DNA of 64,000 bases from Candidatus Babeliales bacterium (GCA_963743635.1 CAVUQO010000002.1:192001-256000), one strand, 5' to 3'. Counted from the stretch's first letter, positions 47,025 through 56,437 are shown. A program made the numbers and translations. Notes: generated by a model not told the origin, from the letters alone.

Positions 47025-48461
47025 CTACAGTTTGGGTAGCACGGCACCATTTTTGACCTGATACCAACTTTCTATGCCAATGGCATGCAAAAAATCGTCA
47101 TCATGTGAGATGACTATCATGCTGCCGGGATATTCCTTCAATACTTCAATCACATGCTCGCGTGTTTCCAAATCAAGATTATTGGTGATCTCATCGAGTA
47201 TTAAAAGCCGCGGTGTTTTCGCGGCAATTTGGGCGAGTGTTAATCGTACTTTTTCGCCACCAGAAAGCGTTGCAACGAGCGCATTCACTTCTTCATTCTT
47301 GCGGAAAAGAAAATCATTGAGATGACGGCGTATTTCTGCGTGAGACCACGTCGGCACTAAATCAACTATCGTTTCAAGCACGGATTTTTGTGAAGAAAGG
47401 GTACCATAATGTTGATCAAGATAGCCGATATCACTCAATTTAGGGACCTGCCAACTTCCTGTAGTGATCACCGCTGGATCACCTAATATTCCTTTAATAA
47501 GCGTAGATTTTCCGCTGCCATTATCTCCCATGATGGCAATGCGTTCTCTGGCAGTAACTGAAAGGCTGATATCATGCAGAATCGGTTTTTCCTTCTGATA
47601 CGCGACGCTTCCTTCGCTAATCGATACGAGCGTTTTATTGCCAATGTCAGCCGCGCTTAAAGAAAATGTGGGCACTATTATTTCCGGCAGGCGTAGGTTT
47701 GCTAACGCCTCGCTTAACGCTTCTTTCTTCTGACTGATTTCAGCTTTTTTACTTCCTGCGGTATGTTCGGCGCTGGCGCCTTTGAGTTTCGCTGCTGATT
47801 TTGGCCATTTTCGTTGTTCAATATATTTTTCACCGATAGCGCGACTTTTTGCGCCTCTTGCTTGCTCCTTCATCAATGCATGATGCGTATCTTTTTTTTG
47901 CCGATCAAGGCGAGACAGTTCTTGCTCGATTGATGAACGTTTAATACCTATTTCACGGATGTAATCATCGTAATTGCCGGAGAATACATGAACGAGGCCG
48001 TTATCAATATGCCACAAGGTATCAATGCATGTGCGTAGTAATTCGACATCATGTGATACAACAATCAAGGTTCCGGGAAATGAGCGCAGCATACGCATTA
48101 ATGATGCGCGGTTACCTGCATCAAGATTATTCGTCGGTTCATCGAGTAGTAAAACATTGGGATCAAGGCTCAATGCTTTGGTGAGGGCTTCATGAAAACG
48201 TTGGCCACCACTGAGTGAAACGGATTCTGTAAATAACTGCGGAACATAGCCAATGCGCGCATCATCGGGAATGTTGATTTCACCGCTCGTTGGAGCCACA
48301 GTGCCATTAATCATGTTGAGTAGGGAAGATTTTCCACTGCCATTGCGGCCAATGAGCGCAATGCGGCTACCATAAGGAATCTGTGTGCTGAAATTTTCAA
48401 AACAGATTTTGTGCGGAAATAAAAGGCTGACGTTTTTTAACTGGATAGATTTATATACCAT
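47025..48461 (-). CDS. ABC-F family ATPase (possible ribosome protection protein)
   Basis: Two ABC domains (GRNGSGKS, LSGGQ, LLLDEPTNNLD; GDNGSGKS, LSGGE, LILDEITNNLD), linker, no TM domain. Confidence 0.88.
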   Translation of the reverse strand: MVYKSIQLKNVSLLFPHKICFENFSTQIPYGSRIALIGRNGSGKSSLLNMINGTVAPTSGEINIPDDARIGYVPQLFTESVSLSGGQRFHEALTKALSLDPNVLLLDEPTNNLDAGNRASLMRMLRSFPGTLIVVSHDVELLRTCIDTLWHIDNGLVHVFSGNYDDYIREIGIKRSSIEQELSRLDRQKKDTHHALMKEQARGAKSRAIGEKYIEQRKWPKSAAKLKGASAEHTAGSKKAEISQKKEALSEALANLRLPEIIVPTFSLSAADIGNKTLVSISEGSVAYQKEKPILHDISLSVTARERIAIMGDNGSGKSTLIKGILGDPAVITTGSWQVPKLSDIGYLDQHYGTLSSQKSVLETIVDLVPTWSHAEIRRHLNDFLFRKNEEVNALVATLSGGEKVRLTLAQIAAKTPRLLILDEITNNLDLETREHVIEVLKEYPGSMIVISHDDDFLHAIGIESWYQVKNGAVLPKL

Positions 48462-48590
48462 AAATATCTCTTAAATAATGTAAGGGTGTATTGATTAGGA
48501 CTTTTTTGCCGTGACGGCTTTTTTGAGTCATCGCCCTTGCAAGAAGGGGATTTAAGAGATTTTTTTCATGATACAGATAAACCTTATAGG
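48462..48590 (-). promoter_or_regulatory. Putative translational attenuator with leader peptide MKKIS (48552-48569)
   Basis: TAAGG RBS, ATG AAA AAA ATC TCT TAA; the leader's ATCTCTTAAAT is complementary to ATTTAAGAGAT just 5' of the ABC-F start. Confidence 0.65.
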
Positions 48591-48679
48591 ATGAGTTTTA
48601 AATTATACGTTTTTCAGAGTAGGCCATTTTTTGGCCAAATTCAAGAGTTTTTGGATTGGGGGGTTAAGATGCTTTAATT

Positions 48680-48703
48680 AAGGCCCGCTCAATGAACGGG
48701 CCT
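48680..48703 (-). terminator. Hairpin after the GNAT gene
   Basis: AGGCCCG-CTCAATGAA-CGGGCCT. Confidence 0.55.
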
Positions 48704-48728
48704 CTTAACATCTAACAATACGCTATAA

Positions 48729-49559
48729 TTATTTATCGCTTAATGTCTCAAGCGCCTCAGTTGCTTTTTGCAATACCTGAGCGTTTTCTGCTATGTATTC
48801 AAAATCAGGCCAATCGGCGTTCGTACCAGCAAACGGTTTAAAGCCCCATTCTTCATAGAAGGCAAGTGCTGTTGCGTTGGTTGGTCGATTATGTAAGAAC
48901 AATCGAGTAACATTGGGAAGTATCTTAAAAATTGAACTCATGAGCATCTTTTCTAAACCACGATTTTGTGCGTTAGTAAGTATGCCGGTGAGGCCAACGC
49001 GCACCGTTCCATATGCAAAATCTGGCATAATGGAAAACTGAATAGCGCCAAATGGTCTGTTTTCTTTGTTGTCTTTGACTATTACAAAAATAGTAAGATC
49101 ATTCGGACTTGCCCAGTGAGCAAAGTCATTCGTAGTAAAGAATTGATGCATGGTAGTTTTAACATGTTGCTCAACGGCCTGCCAATCAACCTTGTCGATG
49201 CCATGCTCAAAAAGCGGGGCTACACCTTTTAAAAATGTTTCAGTAGGCACCATTTCGGGTCGTTTGCGTGCAAATTCTACTTCTTGCCGTGTATAGGTTT
49301 GAGTGAAAATTTCACTGACGTCCTTAATGGCCTGCGTAAATTGCGGTGACGTGGGATCGTAGATTGTCCATTCCAACGTCACTGGAGCGCCAGTTGCATC
49401 ATGAGCAGATAGTGTGCCTGTTTTTTGTACGGTTTGTTGTGCAAAATTAATCCACGCGGAAGTGGATTGAGGGGGTTGGTTATTATGCATTTGTGTTCCT
49501 ATGCAAGATATAAAAGAGAGTAAAGTAATACATGCAAGCGCGTAATGGCTACGGTTCAT
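48729..49559 (-). CDS. GNAT-family acetyltransferase with N-terminal signal-like peptide
   Basis: AQNRGLEKMLM (motif A) and N..ALAFYEEWGF (motif B). Confidence 0.75.
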   Translation of the reverse strand: MNRSHYALACITLLSFISCIGTQMHNNQPPQSTSAWINFAQQTVQKTGTLSAHDATGAPVTLEWTIYDPTSPQFTQAIKDVSEIFTQTYTRQEVEFARKRPEMVPTETFLKGVAPLFEHGIDKVDWQAVEQHVKTTMHQFFTTNDFAHWASPNDLTIFVIVKDNKENRPFGAIQFSIMPDFAYGTVRVGLTGILTNAQNRGLEKMLMSSIFKILPNVTRLFLHNRPTNATALAFYEEWGFKPFAGTNADWPDFEYIAENAQVLQKATEALETLSDK

Positions 49560-49955
49560 GTGTTTAGCTTTCACTAAAAAAAAGAAAAAAATTAATAATA
49601 AAAGTACCTGCAGATTTATAGTAACTGCAAGATTAACATGCTCAGGCAATGGGATGATTTATGAATCACGAGTGCTGAGTAGTTTTTTAGAAGATAGGAA
49701 CAAAGACTTTCATAGCGCCTCCCTGGGAATTTCTCAGGCAAATAAGGATACTAATATTTAATATAGTTTTAGCTTACCGGAAAGGCCAGCCTAATGCAAA
49801 TGGGGGCCGGGCTCGTGGGGCGAGGGCTAAGTATTCCAGTTTTGAGTCTTGAGCCCAAAATTGAATAAACTATAGTGATATTCTCCGTATTTGTATAAAG
49901 TCTGTAGTATAGATTATTGATTAGAAAAATAGGGTAATTATTCGGGGAATCAACT

Positions 49956-50573
49956 ATGAGAAAAAGTTTTATTAAAATGTTGGCTGGTTACGAGGAATTT
50001 AGGCAGAAATACGCCTCGGGCGATAAATCGATCATGCAGTACCTTTCTCGGCATGGTCAAAAGCCGCACACCATGGTGATTGCCTGCTGCGATTCGCGCG
50101 TTGACCCAGCCTTGATCTTGCAATGTGATCCGGGCGATTTATTTGTAGTGCGTAACGTAGCAAACATTGTGCCTCCCTACGAAAAAGATACCATGCACCA
50201 TGGTACGAGTGCGGCACTTGAATTTGGCGTCTGTTTTCTCAAGGTGAAACATCTGATTTTACTCGGACACAGTCAATGCGGTGGCATTAATGCGGTGTTA
50301 AAGAGCGATAATAAAAAAACCAATGATTTTATTCTCAACTGGGTTTCACTTATTAAAATGGATAATGTGAAGTTTAAAACTGCTGACGAATATGCAAAAT
50401 TGGCACTAAAGCGTTCACATGAAAACTGCCTTACGTTTCCATGGCTTACCGAACGGGTAATGCAAAAAAAATTACGCGTACATTTATGGTTTTTTGATAT
50501 CAAGACGGGTCAAATTTATGTGTATTCAGATGCAGAGAACAAATATGCACCGCTTGATGCGATGCATGTGTGA
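49956..50573 (+). CDS. Beta-class carbonic anhydrase (cytoplasmic)
   Basis: ACCDSRV, GDLFVVRNVAN, GHSQCGG. Confidence 0.93.
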   Translation: MRKSFIKMLAGYEEFRQKYASGDKSIMQYLSRHGQKPHTMVIACCDSRVDPALILQCDPGDLFVVRNVANIVPPYEKDTMHHGTSAALEFGVCFLKVKHLILLGHSQCGGINAVLKSDNKKTNDFILNWVSLIKMDNVKFKTADEYAKLALKRSHENCLTFPWLTERVMQKKLRVHLWFFDIKTGQIYVYSDAENKYAPLDAMHV

Positions 50574-50582
50574 TACGAAACC

Positions 50583-51413
50583 TTATTCTTTGATACAAGG
50601 CACATAGAGTGCGAGCGTTTCTTCCTGAAATGCGTCATCAGGAAATCTGCTAAAAGCGATAAAGGCAGGAATCGCATGATTAATATTGAGTCCATATTGG
50701 GTTGACCATTTACCGTAAATATAGTGATATGCGAGACCTAAATTATGAATTTTCCCCTTATATTTGAATCTGGCATAGGTTCCTCCCGGGATTGTATGAC
50801 ATTCAATCTTAAGATCTTGTGGTGAAAAAGCTACGCCAGCTGAAAAACGAACTTTGTGTTCGGGTATTTCACCATCATGAGGATTATCATGGCCAATTCC
50901 AATAAAAGTACCTACAAAATCATCATTAAGCTCAGCTGAAGAAAGATGTTCTTTTAGAGATTGCCATGCAAGAGGAGCGGCTTCAAAATATAATCCTTGC
51001 TTGGTTACCATTTGTATTGTGATGTTATCAAGTTCAACAATTTCGGGTTCTTCTAAAGAAATAAATTCAAGTTCATCGATGATATTAAATTTTGTGCGAG
51101 CAACAGTTGGGGAGTAACCAAAATTATCTTTAAAACTGCGGGCAAATGCTGAGTGATCTTCAAAACCAGATTGCAATGCGATTTCGAGTATCGCAAAGTC
51201 TTGATTTTTGAGCGATCTAAATGCTCGCTCCATGCGAAGACGGCGAATAAAAGTTCCTACGGATACACCAGTCGCTTCCAGAAATAATCGTTTCAAGGAT
51301 GAAAGAGAAAGATGAGTAGCTTTTGCTACATCTTCCAAAAGAAGTGGTTGGTCAAGGTTGAGGTATATAAATTTAACGGCTTTTACAAAATTATTATTCT
51401 TTAGATAGCTCAT
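50583..51413 (-). CDS. AraC family regulator with GyrI-like effector domain
   Basis: N-terminal double HTH (IALQSGFEDHSAFARSFK..FGYSP); C-terminal IPGGTYARF..KG. Confidence 0.9.
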   Translation of the reverse strand: MSYLKNNNFVKAVKFIYLNLDQPLLLEDVAKATHLSLSSLKRLFLEATGVSVGTFIRRLRMERAFRSLKNQDFAILEIALQSGFEDHSAFARSFKDNFGYSPTVARTKFNIIDELEFISLEEPEIVELDNITIQMVTKQGLYFEAAPLAWQSLKEHLSSAELNDDFVGTFIGIGHDNPHDGEIPEHKVRFSAGVAFSPQDLKIECHTIPGGTYARFKYKGKIHNLGLAYHYIYGKWSTQYGLNINHAIPAFIAFSRFPDDAFQEETLALYVPCIKE

Positions 51414-51667
51414 ATTGATTCCTTATTGGTTTATTTATAGAAATCAATATAACACAATGATTTTTCATTTGCTGTGCAGAAAAGGCCAACTTAATCTAAG
51501 GGATTATAGTCAAGTATGCTGTTTGACGCAGTGGATGCTCGAATTTATTGAGTTTGTATTTTTGTGAGTTTTGGAACCAGATACTATCAAGCCCTTTATT
51601 TATAGAATTTCTTTTTGGTATGATGCCGATCAAGAAATGAAAGCCATCGGTAAAGGGCAGGGATAGG

Positions 51668-52423
51668 ATGAAGAAATTAATCGCAATCGTGGTCTGCGGG
51701 CTCATTGGCGTATCGGGTTTGCATATTTTAGCGACAAAAAAAATCAAAAAGCATCATGAGCTTGTGGGCTTAGAAGAGAAAACAACCTATCACTGTGATC
51801 CCCATACAAAGATTTTAGATGCTGAGCAAAGTTATGCCAGAATGCTGCAGGGTTATGAGCTTTTTAGAAAAAAATATGTGAATGGCGATACCGCTATCAT
51901 GGAGTGCCTTGCGCATCATGGGCAAAAACCGCATACGATGATTGTTGCATGCTGCGATTCGCGCGTCGAGCCAGCAGTAATATTGCAGTGTGATCCGGGT
52001 GATTTATTTGTGATACGTAATGTGGCTAATATTGTGGCCCCCTGCGAACATGACCATACGTATCATAGTACGGGCGCTGCGCTTGAATTTGGCATATGTA
52101 CCTTGAAAGTGAAACATCTTATTCTGCTCGGACACAGCCAATGCGGCGGCGTCAAAGCGGCCATGACTAGTACAGCAAAAAAAACAGATGATTTTATAAC
52201 CAATTGGGTTTCGCTCATTAAAATGCCTGATGTGGGCAACGTATCAGCTGATGAATATGCGCGATTGGCATTGCATAAATCGCACGCCCATTGTCTGACA
52301 TTTCCTTGGATCAAAGAAAGAGTGAAGCAGAAAGAACTGGAGATTCATCTTTGGTTTTTTGATATCGAAACCGGACAACTCTTTTCTTATTCTGAGAAAG
52401 ATAAGATCTATAAGCCGCTATAA
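51668..52423 (+). CDS. Beta-class carbonic anhydrase with signal peptide
   Basis: MKKLIAIVVCGLIGVSGLHILA leader; ACCDSRV, GHSQCGG; close paralogue of 49956-50573. Confidence 0.92.
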   Translation: MKKLIAIVVCGLIGVSGLHILATKKIKKHHELVGLEEKTTYHCDPHTKILDAEQSYARMLQGYELFRKKYVNGDTAIMECLAHHGQKPHTMIVACCDSRVEPAVILQCDPGDLFVIRNVANIVAPCEHDHTYHSTGAALEFGICTLKVKHLILLGHSQCGGVKAAMTSTAKKTDDFITNWVSLIKMPDVGNVSADEYARLALHKSHAHCLTFPWIKERVKQKELEIHLWFFDIETGQLFSYSEKDKIYKPL

Positions 52424-52508
52424 CCTATTACACAGTTGGTGCTGGTTTTTTGCAATGAGGGAAATTAATGGGAAGAACTGTCCTCGAAGGACAAACTGGC
52501 GTGCCGGT

Positions 52509-52586
52509 CATTTCTGTCCCCGGTCATCCTAAGTTAATCGAAGGACGAAGAAAACTTTCAGCTGACGATGATTGAAAAATGAATGG
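52509..52586. repeat. tRNA-3'-linked element, copy 1
   Basis: 52509-52581 matches the reverse complement of 53462-53534 with 5 mismatches in 73 bp. Confidence 0.85.
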
Positions 52587-52675
52587 AGGAGAGAGAGGGA
52601 TTCGAACCCCCGATCCCGATCTCTCGAGATAACGGTTTTCAAGACCGCCGCATTCAACCGCTCTGCCATCTCTCC
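52584..52675 (-). tRNA. tRNA-Ser(TGA)
   Basis: GGAGAGA acceptor stem, CT-TGA-AA loop, long variable arm, TTCGAAT, encoded CCA. Confidence 0.95.
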
Positions 52676-52730
52676 GAACCTATTGGAATGCTATATATTG
52701 TACGTTTTCTTAAAAAAAAATCAAATAATA

Positions 52731-53258
52731 CTATGCTTCAGCATATTCTTTGATTCGCTGAATCAATTGTGAGGTCGAAATACCTTTGGTATAGGGTACC
52801 GTCCTGAATATATTGAGAGAAATTGGGACTTCATAATAATAGGCCATTTTCTCCTCCTCAAAGTCACCGCCGTGGACGACGATATCTATGGAATGCTCAT
52901 CTAACCACTCTTGAGTTATTTTTGAGGGGGCATTGGGCAATACTTCATCGACGTATCTGCAAGCTTGAACCGATTTCATCCGTTCTTCCATGGTTAAAAT
53001 TGGCTTGCGCTTATAGGTTTTAATATCTTTATCTGAACAAACACCCACGACAAGTTGATCACCTAGCTGTTTTGCTTGTCTGAGAAATTCTACATGCCCA
53101 TAGTGAAATAGATCTGCAATGATATCGACGTAAACCCGAACTGGCTTATTTTTACGTGATAGATGCGCAGCGCTATTATGCTTTACGTAGTGCTGAACCA
53201 CGAGCGTACCAAAAAGAAGTGTTAAAACGGTTGGTATATACCAGGCGCCTCGTTCCAT
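52731..53258 (-). CDS. Cytidylyltransferase (choline/ethanolamine/glycerol-phosphate type) with N-terminal TM
   Basis: DLFHYGH (HxGH), ERMKSVQACRYVDEV, VVHGGD, TKGISTS. Confidence 0.85.
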   Translation of the reverse strand: MERGAWYIPTVLTLLFGTLVVQHYVKHNSAAHLSRKNKPVRVYVDIIADLFHYGHVEFLRQAKQLGDQLVVGVCSDKDIKTYKRKPILTMEERMKSVQACRYVDEVLPNAPSKITQEWLDEHSIDIVVHGGDFEEEKMAYYYEVPISLNIFRTVPYTKGISTSQLIQRIKEYAEA

Positions 53259-53460
53259 TGATGACCTTTAGAATGCGATGAATTTTATCATCGAACGGTA
53301 TGATTTTTTAAGCTTTTTGTCAAACTTTTATGCGCTCGCAGAGGAGCCATATGAAAAAATTCGGGTAGGATTGGGAGTTTTTGGAAAGAGAAGAGTTTTA
53401 GAATGAATACCTATGGTGGCCATAGGTTTTACGAGTAATGATTTTTAAAGGGCTGACTTG

Positions 53461-53539
53461 CCATTTTTCAATCCTCGTCAGCTGAAAGCTTTCTTCGTCC
53501 TTCGATTAACTCAGGATGACCGGGGATAAAAATGAATGG
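53461..53539. repeat. tRNA-3'-linked element, copy 2 (inverted)
   Basis: CCATTTTTCAATC...GATAAAAATGAATGG; overlaps the CCA of tRNA-Arg. Confidence 0.85.
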
Positions 53540-53613
53540 TGCGCCTAAGAGGAATTGAACCTCTAACCTTCAGATTCGTAGTCTGACGCTCTATCCAATT
53601 GAGCTATAGGCGC
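53537..53613 (-). tRNA. tRNA-Arg(ACG)
   Basis: GCGCCTATAGCTCAATTGGATAGAGC; TCAGA-CT-ACG-AA-TCTGA; CCA end; 77 nt. Confidence 0.95.
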
Positions 53614-53728
53614 ATTAAATATCAATTTTCTATAGTATACGTAGCTTTTGAGTAATGCTCAAGCTTGTCTATTTCATTTTCCTTACTTGGAACTTATTTT
53701 GCTTTGTGAGCAAGATGGTTACAAGGAG

Positions 53729-53863
53729 GTCCGTCTACGCCTTCGGCTTCTTCGGACAGTCTTCGCTTTATCCTTTTTTGCTATTAATGTAACAATCATT
53801 AAAAAAGGTGGCGAAGCCAGACGAAGCTTGCCGAGCCTGAAGGCCCGGATAAGCGAAGACTGG
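53729..53863. repeat. REP-like palindromic cluster at the 3' end of tRNA-Ser(GCT)
   Basis: GTCCG...CGGAC hairpin; IR CAGTCTTCGCTT(T)ATCC / GGATAAGCGAAGACTGG; GCGAAG/CTTCG motifs. Confidence 0.7.
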
Positions 53864-53951
53864 TGGAGAGAGAGGGATTCGAACCCTCGTGCCCGGTTTC
53901 CCAGACTCTTGCTTAGCAGGCAAGCGCTTTAGTCCACTCAGCCATCTCTCC
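53861..53951 (-). tRNA. tRNA-Ser(GCT)
   Basis: GGAGAGA acceptor stem, CTTGC-CT-GCT-AA-GCAAG, long variable arm, CCA. Confidence 0.95.
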
Positions 53952-54115
53952 GACAAAAATTTTATAGAATTAAGTGTTAGAACACTCGCTTTTAAAGGAT
54001 AAAGTATTTAGTAGTTTATGCAAGTGTAAGTATAGTATATCTTGTTGTAAAATGCATTGGGAGAGGGGTTATTGTAGTAACATCATGCTTCAATCGGTCG
54101 TACAAGGAATAATAA

Positions 54116-54400
54116 ATGCTTATTATAGAGGTAAAAGTGGTCCCTAGCTCAGGTAAGTCTGAATGCAAATTGGATAAGTCGGGGCGCTTGAAATGCTACC
54201 TCAAAAGCCCCCCAGAGCGCAATGAGGCCAATAATGAGTTAGTGAAATTGTTTGCCAAAGCCTTAAAGCTTACTCAAAACGAGGTCGAGATTGTCTCGGG
54301 AATGACGAGTCGAACCAAGAAATTGAAAATTTTAAAATCTATCACTGAAGATGAGTTATTAGCGCATTTAGGAATTCAACGTCAATTAACAGTGTGGTAA
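54116..54400 (+). CDS. DUF167 (YggU/UPF0235) family protein
   Basis: VKVVPSS, SPPERNEANNELVKL, IVSGMTSRTKKL. Confidence 0.85.
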   Translation: MLIIEVKVVPSSGKSECKLDKSGRLKCYLKSPPERNEANNELVKLFAKALKLTQNEVEIVSGMTSRTKKLKILKSITEDELLAHLGIQRQLTVW

Positions 54401-54410
54401 ATGCGGGAAG

Positions 54411-55613
54411 GTGTATATGCCTTATTTTCGTTGGAAAGGAATTGATCTGCAGGGAACGGAGCGGGCGGGCCGTTCATGCGCAGCATCATTGGAAGATCTT
54501 GATACGCAGTTAATGCATCAAAATGTTGCATTGCTCAACAGCAAGCAGCTTTCGAGCCGCTTATTTGAGCGCCCAGTCAGCATGGACGTGAAGATTCAAT
54601 TCTTCAAAAGCTTGGCTACACTCCTTGAAGCCGGGGTTATGCTTCCTGAGGCGCTTGCCTTGGTGGCAGAGCAAGTCCGGCATATTGAATTTCATGAGGC
54701 TCTATACGCAATTAAACGTCAGGTAGAAACCGGCATCACTTTGAGTGATGCGATGGCAAAACATCGCCATATTTTCAATCCACTCATGATTGAAATGGTT
54801 GGAATTGGTTATGAGACCGGCGGTTTGGCAGTATCCTTGGAACGCCTGGTTTCCTATCTTGAAACAATGCAGGACTTTAGAAAAAAAATTCGCATGGCAT
54901 TGACCATGCCGCTCATCACATTTTTATTCTTCGTTGTTATTGCAATAGTACTCGTGATCTGCGTGGTGCCGCAATTTGAATCATTTTTCGCTTCACTCAA
55001 ACAGCCCCTGCCGACCAGTACACGCATTGTTTTACAGGTGAGTGCCTTTATACGTTCTTATGGCATACCTCTGTTGGGGCTTATTGGCATATCTATTGGT
55101 ACATGCGTTTGTTTGTATCGCGTCAATATGCAGGCACGCTATTGTTTTGATCGCCTGATGTTAGCAATACCATTTTTCGGACCATTAATGCTGACCCGGA
55201 TGTGTGCGCAGATCTCGCAAGCGCTGGCACTGCTTCTTGAGGGAGGCATAACGGTAGTGCATGCACTTTCGATCATAACCTCGCTCGTTGATAATATGGT
55301 GCTGCGCGATGTCTTGATTCGCGTGAAGCATGATGTTGAGGCAGGAATGCAGGTGAGCGACGCATTGACGCGCCAAGGAAATAGCTACCTTGGTTCGGAC
55401 GCCATTGCGTTAATACGGGTTGGTGAAACGTCTGCAACCTTGGGGCCAATGTTTGCTGCCGCCGCTCGACGTTACCAGGAATCAGTGACCTACACCTTGC
55501 AATGGCTTTTAAATCTCATGCAGCCATTGGTGGTTGTATTATTGGGCATTCTGATCACTGGCCTCATTATGGCAATTTATCTGCCAATAATGACGATTTC
55601 TTGGGGAATATAA
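54411..55613 (+). CDS. pilC: Type II secretion system F / PilC family protein
   Basis: LATLLEAGV, GYETGGL, GETSATL and LMQP...IYLPI in the two-domain GspF architecture. Confidence 0.85.
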   Translation: MYMPYFRWKGIDLQGTERAGRSCAASLEDLDTQLMHQNVALLNSKQLSSRLFERPVSMDVKIQFFKSLATLLEAGVMLPEALALVAEQVRHIEFHEALYAIKRQVETGITLSDAMAKHRHIFNPLMIEMVGIGYETGGLAVSLERLVSYLETMQDFRKKIRMALTMPLITFLFFVVIAIVLVICVVPQFESFFASLKQPLPTSTRIVLQVSAFIRSYGIPLLGLIGISIGTCVCLYRVNMQARYCFDRLMLAIPFFGPLMLTRMCAQISQALALLLEGGITVVHALSIITSLVDNMVLRDVLIRVKHDVEAGMQVSDALTRQGNSYLGSDAIALIRVGETSATLGPMFAAAARRYQESVTYTLQWLLNLMQPLVVVLLGILITGLIMAIYLPIMTISWGI

Positions 55614-55693
55614 TTATATTCATCGATTGACGTTTTAGGCAGTTTCAAGTACGCTATAATCCTATTCTTTAGAGATCTTTAGATCAATTTATA

Positions 55694-55780
55694 GCCGGGG
55701 TGGCGAAATTGGTAGACGCACGGGACTCAAAATCCCGCGGTAGTAATACTGTATCGGTTCGAGTCCGATCCCCGGCACCA
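55694..55780 (+). tRNA. tRNA-Leu(CAA)
   Basis: GCCGGGGTGGCGAAATTGGTAGACGC; CGGGA-CT-CAA-AA-TCCCG; CCA. Confidence 0.95.
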
Positions 55781-55838
55781 TTCATTTTTCAATCCTCGTG
55801 AGTTGAGGACTTTCTTCGCAGCCGATAAAAATGAATGG
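55778..55838. repeat. tRNA-3'-linked element, copy 3 (shorter)
   Basis: Perfect 12-bp terminal IR CCATTCATTTTT / AAAAATGAATGG. Confidence 0.8.
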
Positions 55839-56011
55839 CAGGCCACCTTCGCTAAAGCTTGCTGCTTGGCTTCAATTTTCCTAAAATCATTAACGGCTGG
55901 TGCCTGCTTTTTCAATAAATTCCCATCTTCATAAATTTTTCACTCACATCTGCAAAAAAGCAGTATAATAACAATGTTGTTTTTATAACTCTCTTTTCGT
56001 GTAGGTGCGGT

Positions 56012-56344
56012 ATGACAGAACAAAATTGTGTCTTTTGTGGCATTATCAATAAAAAAATTCCAGCAACGGTTATTGTTGAGAATGATCATGTGATTGTCAT
56101 TAATGATATTCATCCTAAAGCACCAGTACATTATCTGGTTATTCCCAAAAAACATGTTTCCGATTTTATGACGCTCACCGATGATACTGTCTTGCAAGAT
56201 CTTAAAAAAATGATTCAAAAGATTGGTCTTTCATTGCCGGGTCAATCATTTCGGTTGCTCATGAATAATGGTGCGGGCGCTGGTCAGAGTGTATTTCATC
56301 TTCATTTTCATATGCTTGCGGGCAAAAATATGGGTGGATTCTAA
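56012..56344 (+). CDS. HIT family nucleotide hydrolase
   Basis: CVFC, DIHPKAPVHYLVIPKKH, AGQSVFHLHFH. Confidence 0.93.
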   Translation: MTEQNCVFCGIINKKIPATVIVENDHVIVINDIHPKAPVHYLVIPKKHVSDFMTLTDDTVLQDLKKMIQKIGLSLPGQSFRLLMNNGAGAGQSVFHLHFHMLAGKNMGGF

Positions 56345-56437
56345 TTATTTTTCCTTTTTGTGATTCTTGTTGTTTTTATGTACCATTTCTTTCCAGACTT
56401 TGTGAGACTATTGTTCACTGGTCACTGGGGAGATATA

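Noticed and set aside
49700..49900. Riboswitch upstream of the carbonic anhydrase
   Set aside because: Short GC-rich hairpins are present, but I recognise no riboswitch consensus
52584..55780. Prophage or genomic island integrated at the tRNAs
   Set aside because: No integrase and no duplicated tRNA 3' half within the window
52572..55915. ORFs 52572-52772, 53648-53932, 53768-53956 and 55727-55915
   Set aside because: They overlap tRNA genes; translations such as WRRERDSNPR are tRNA artefacts
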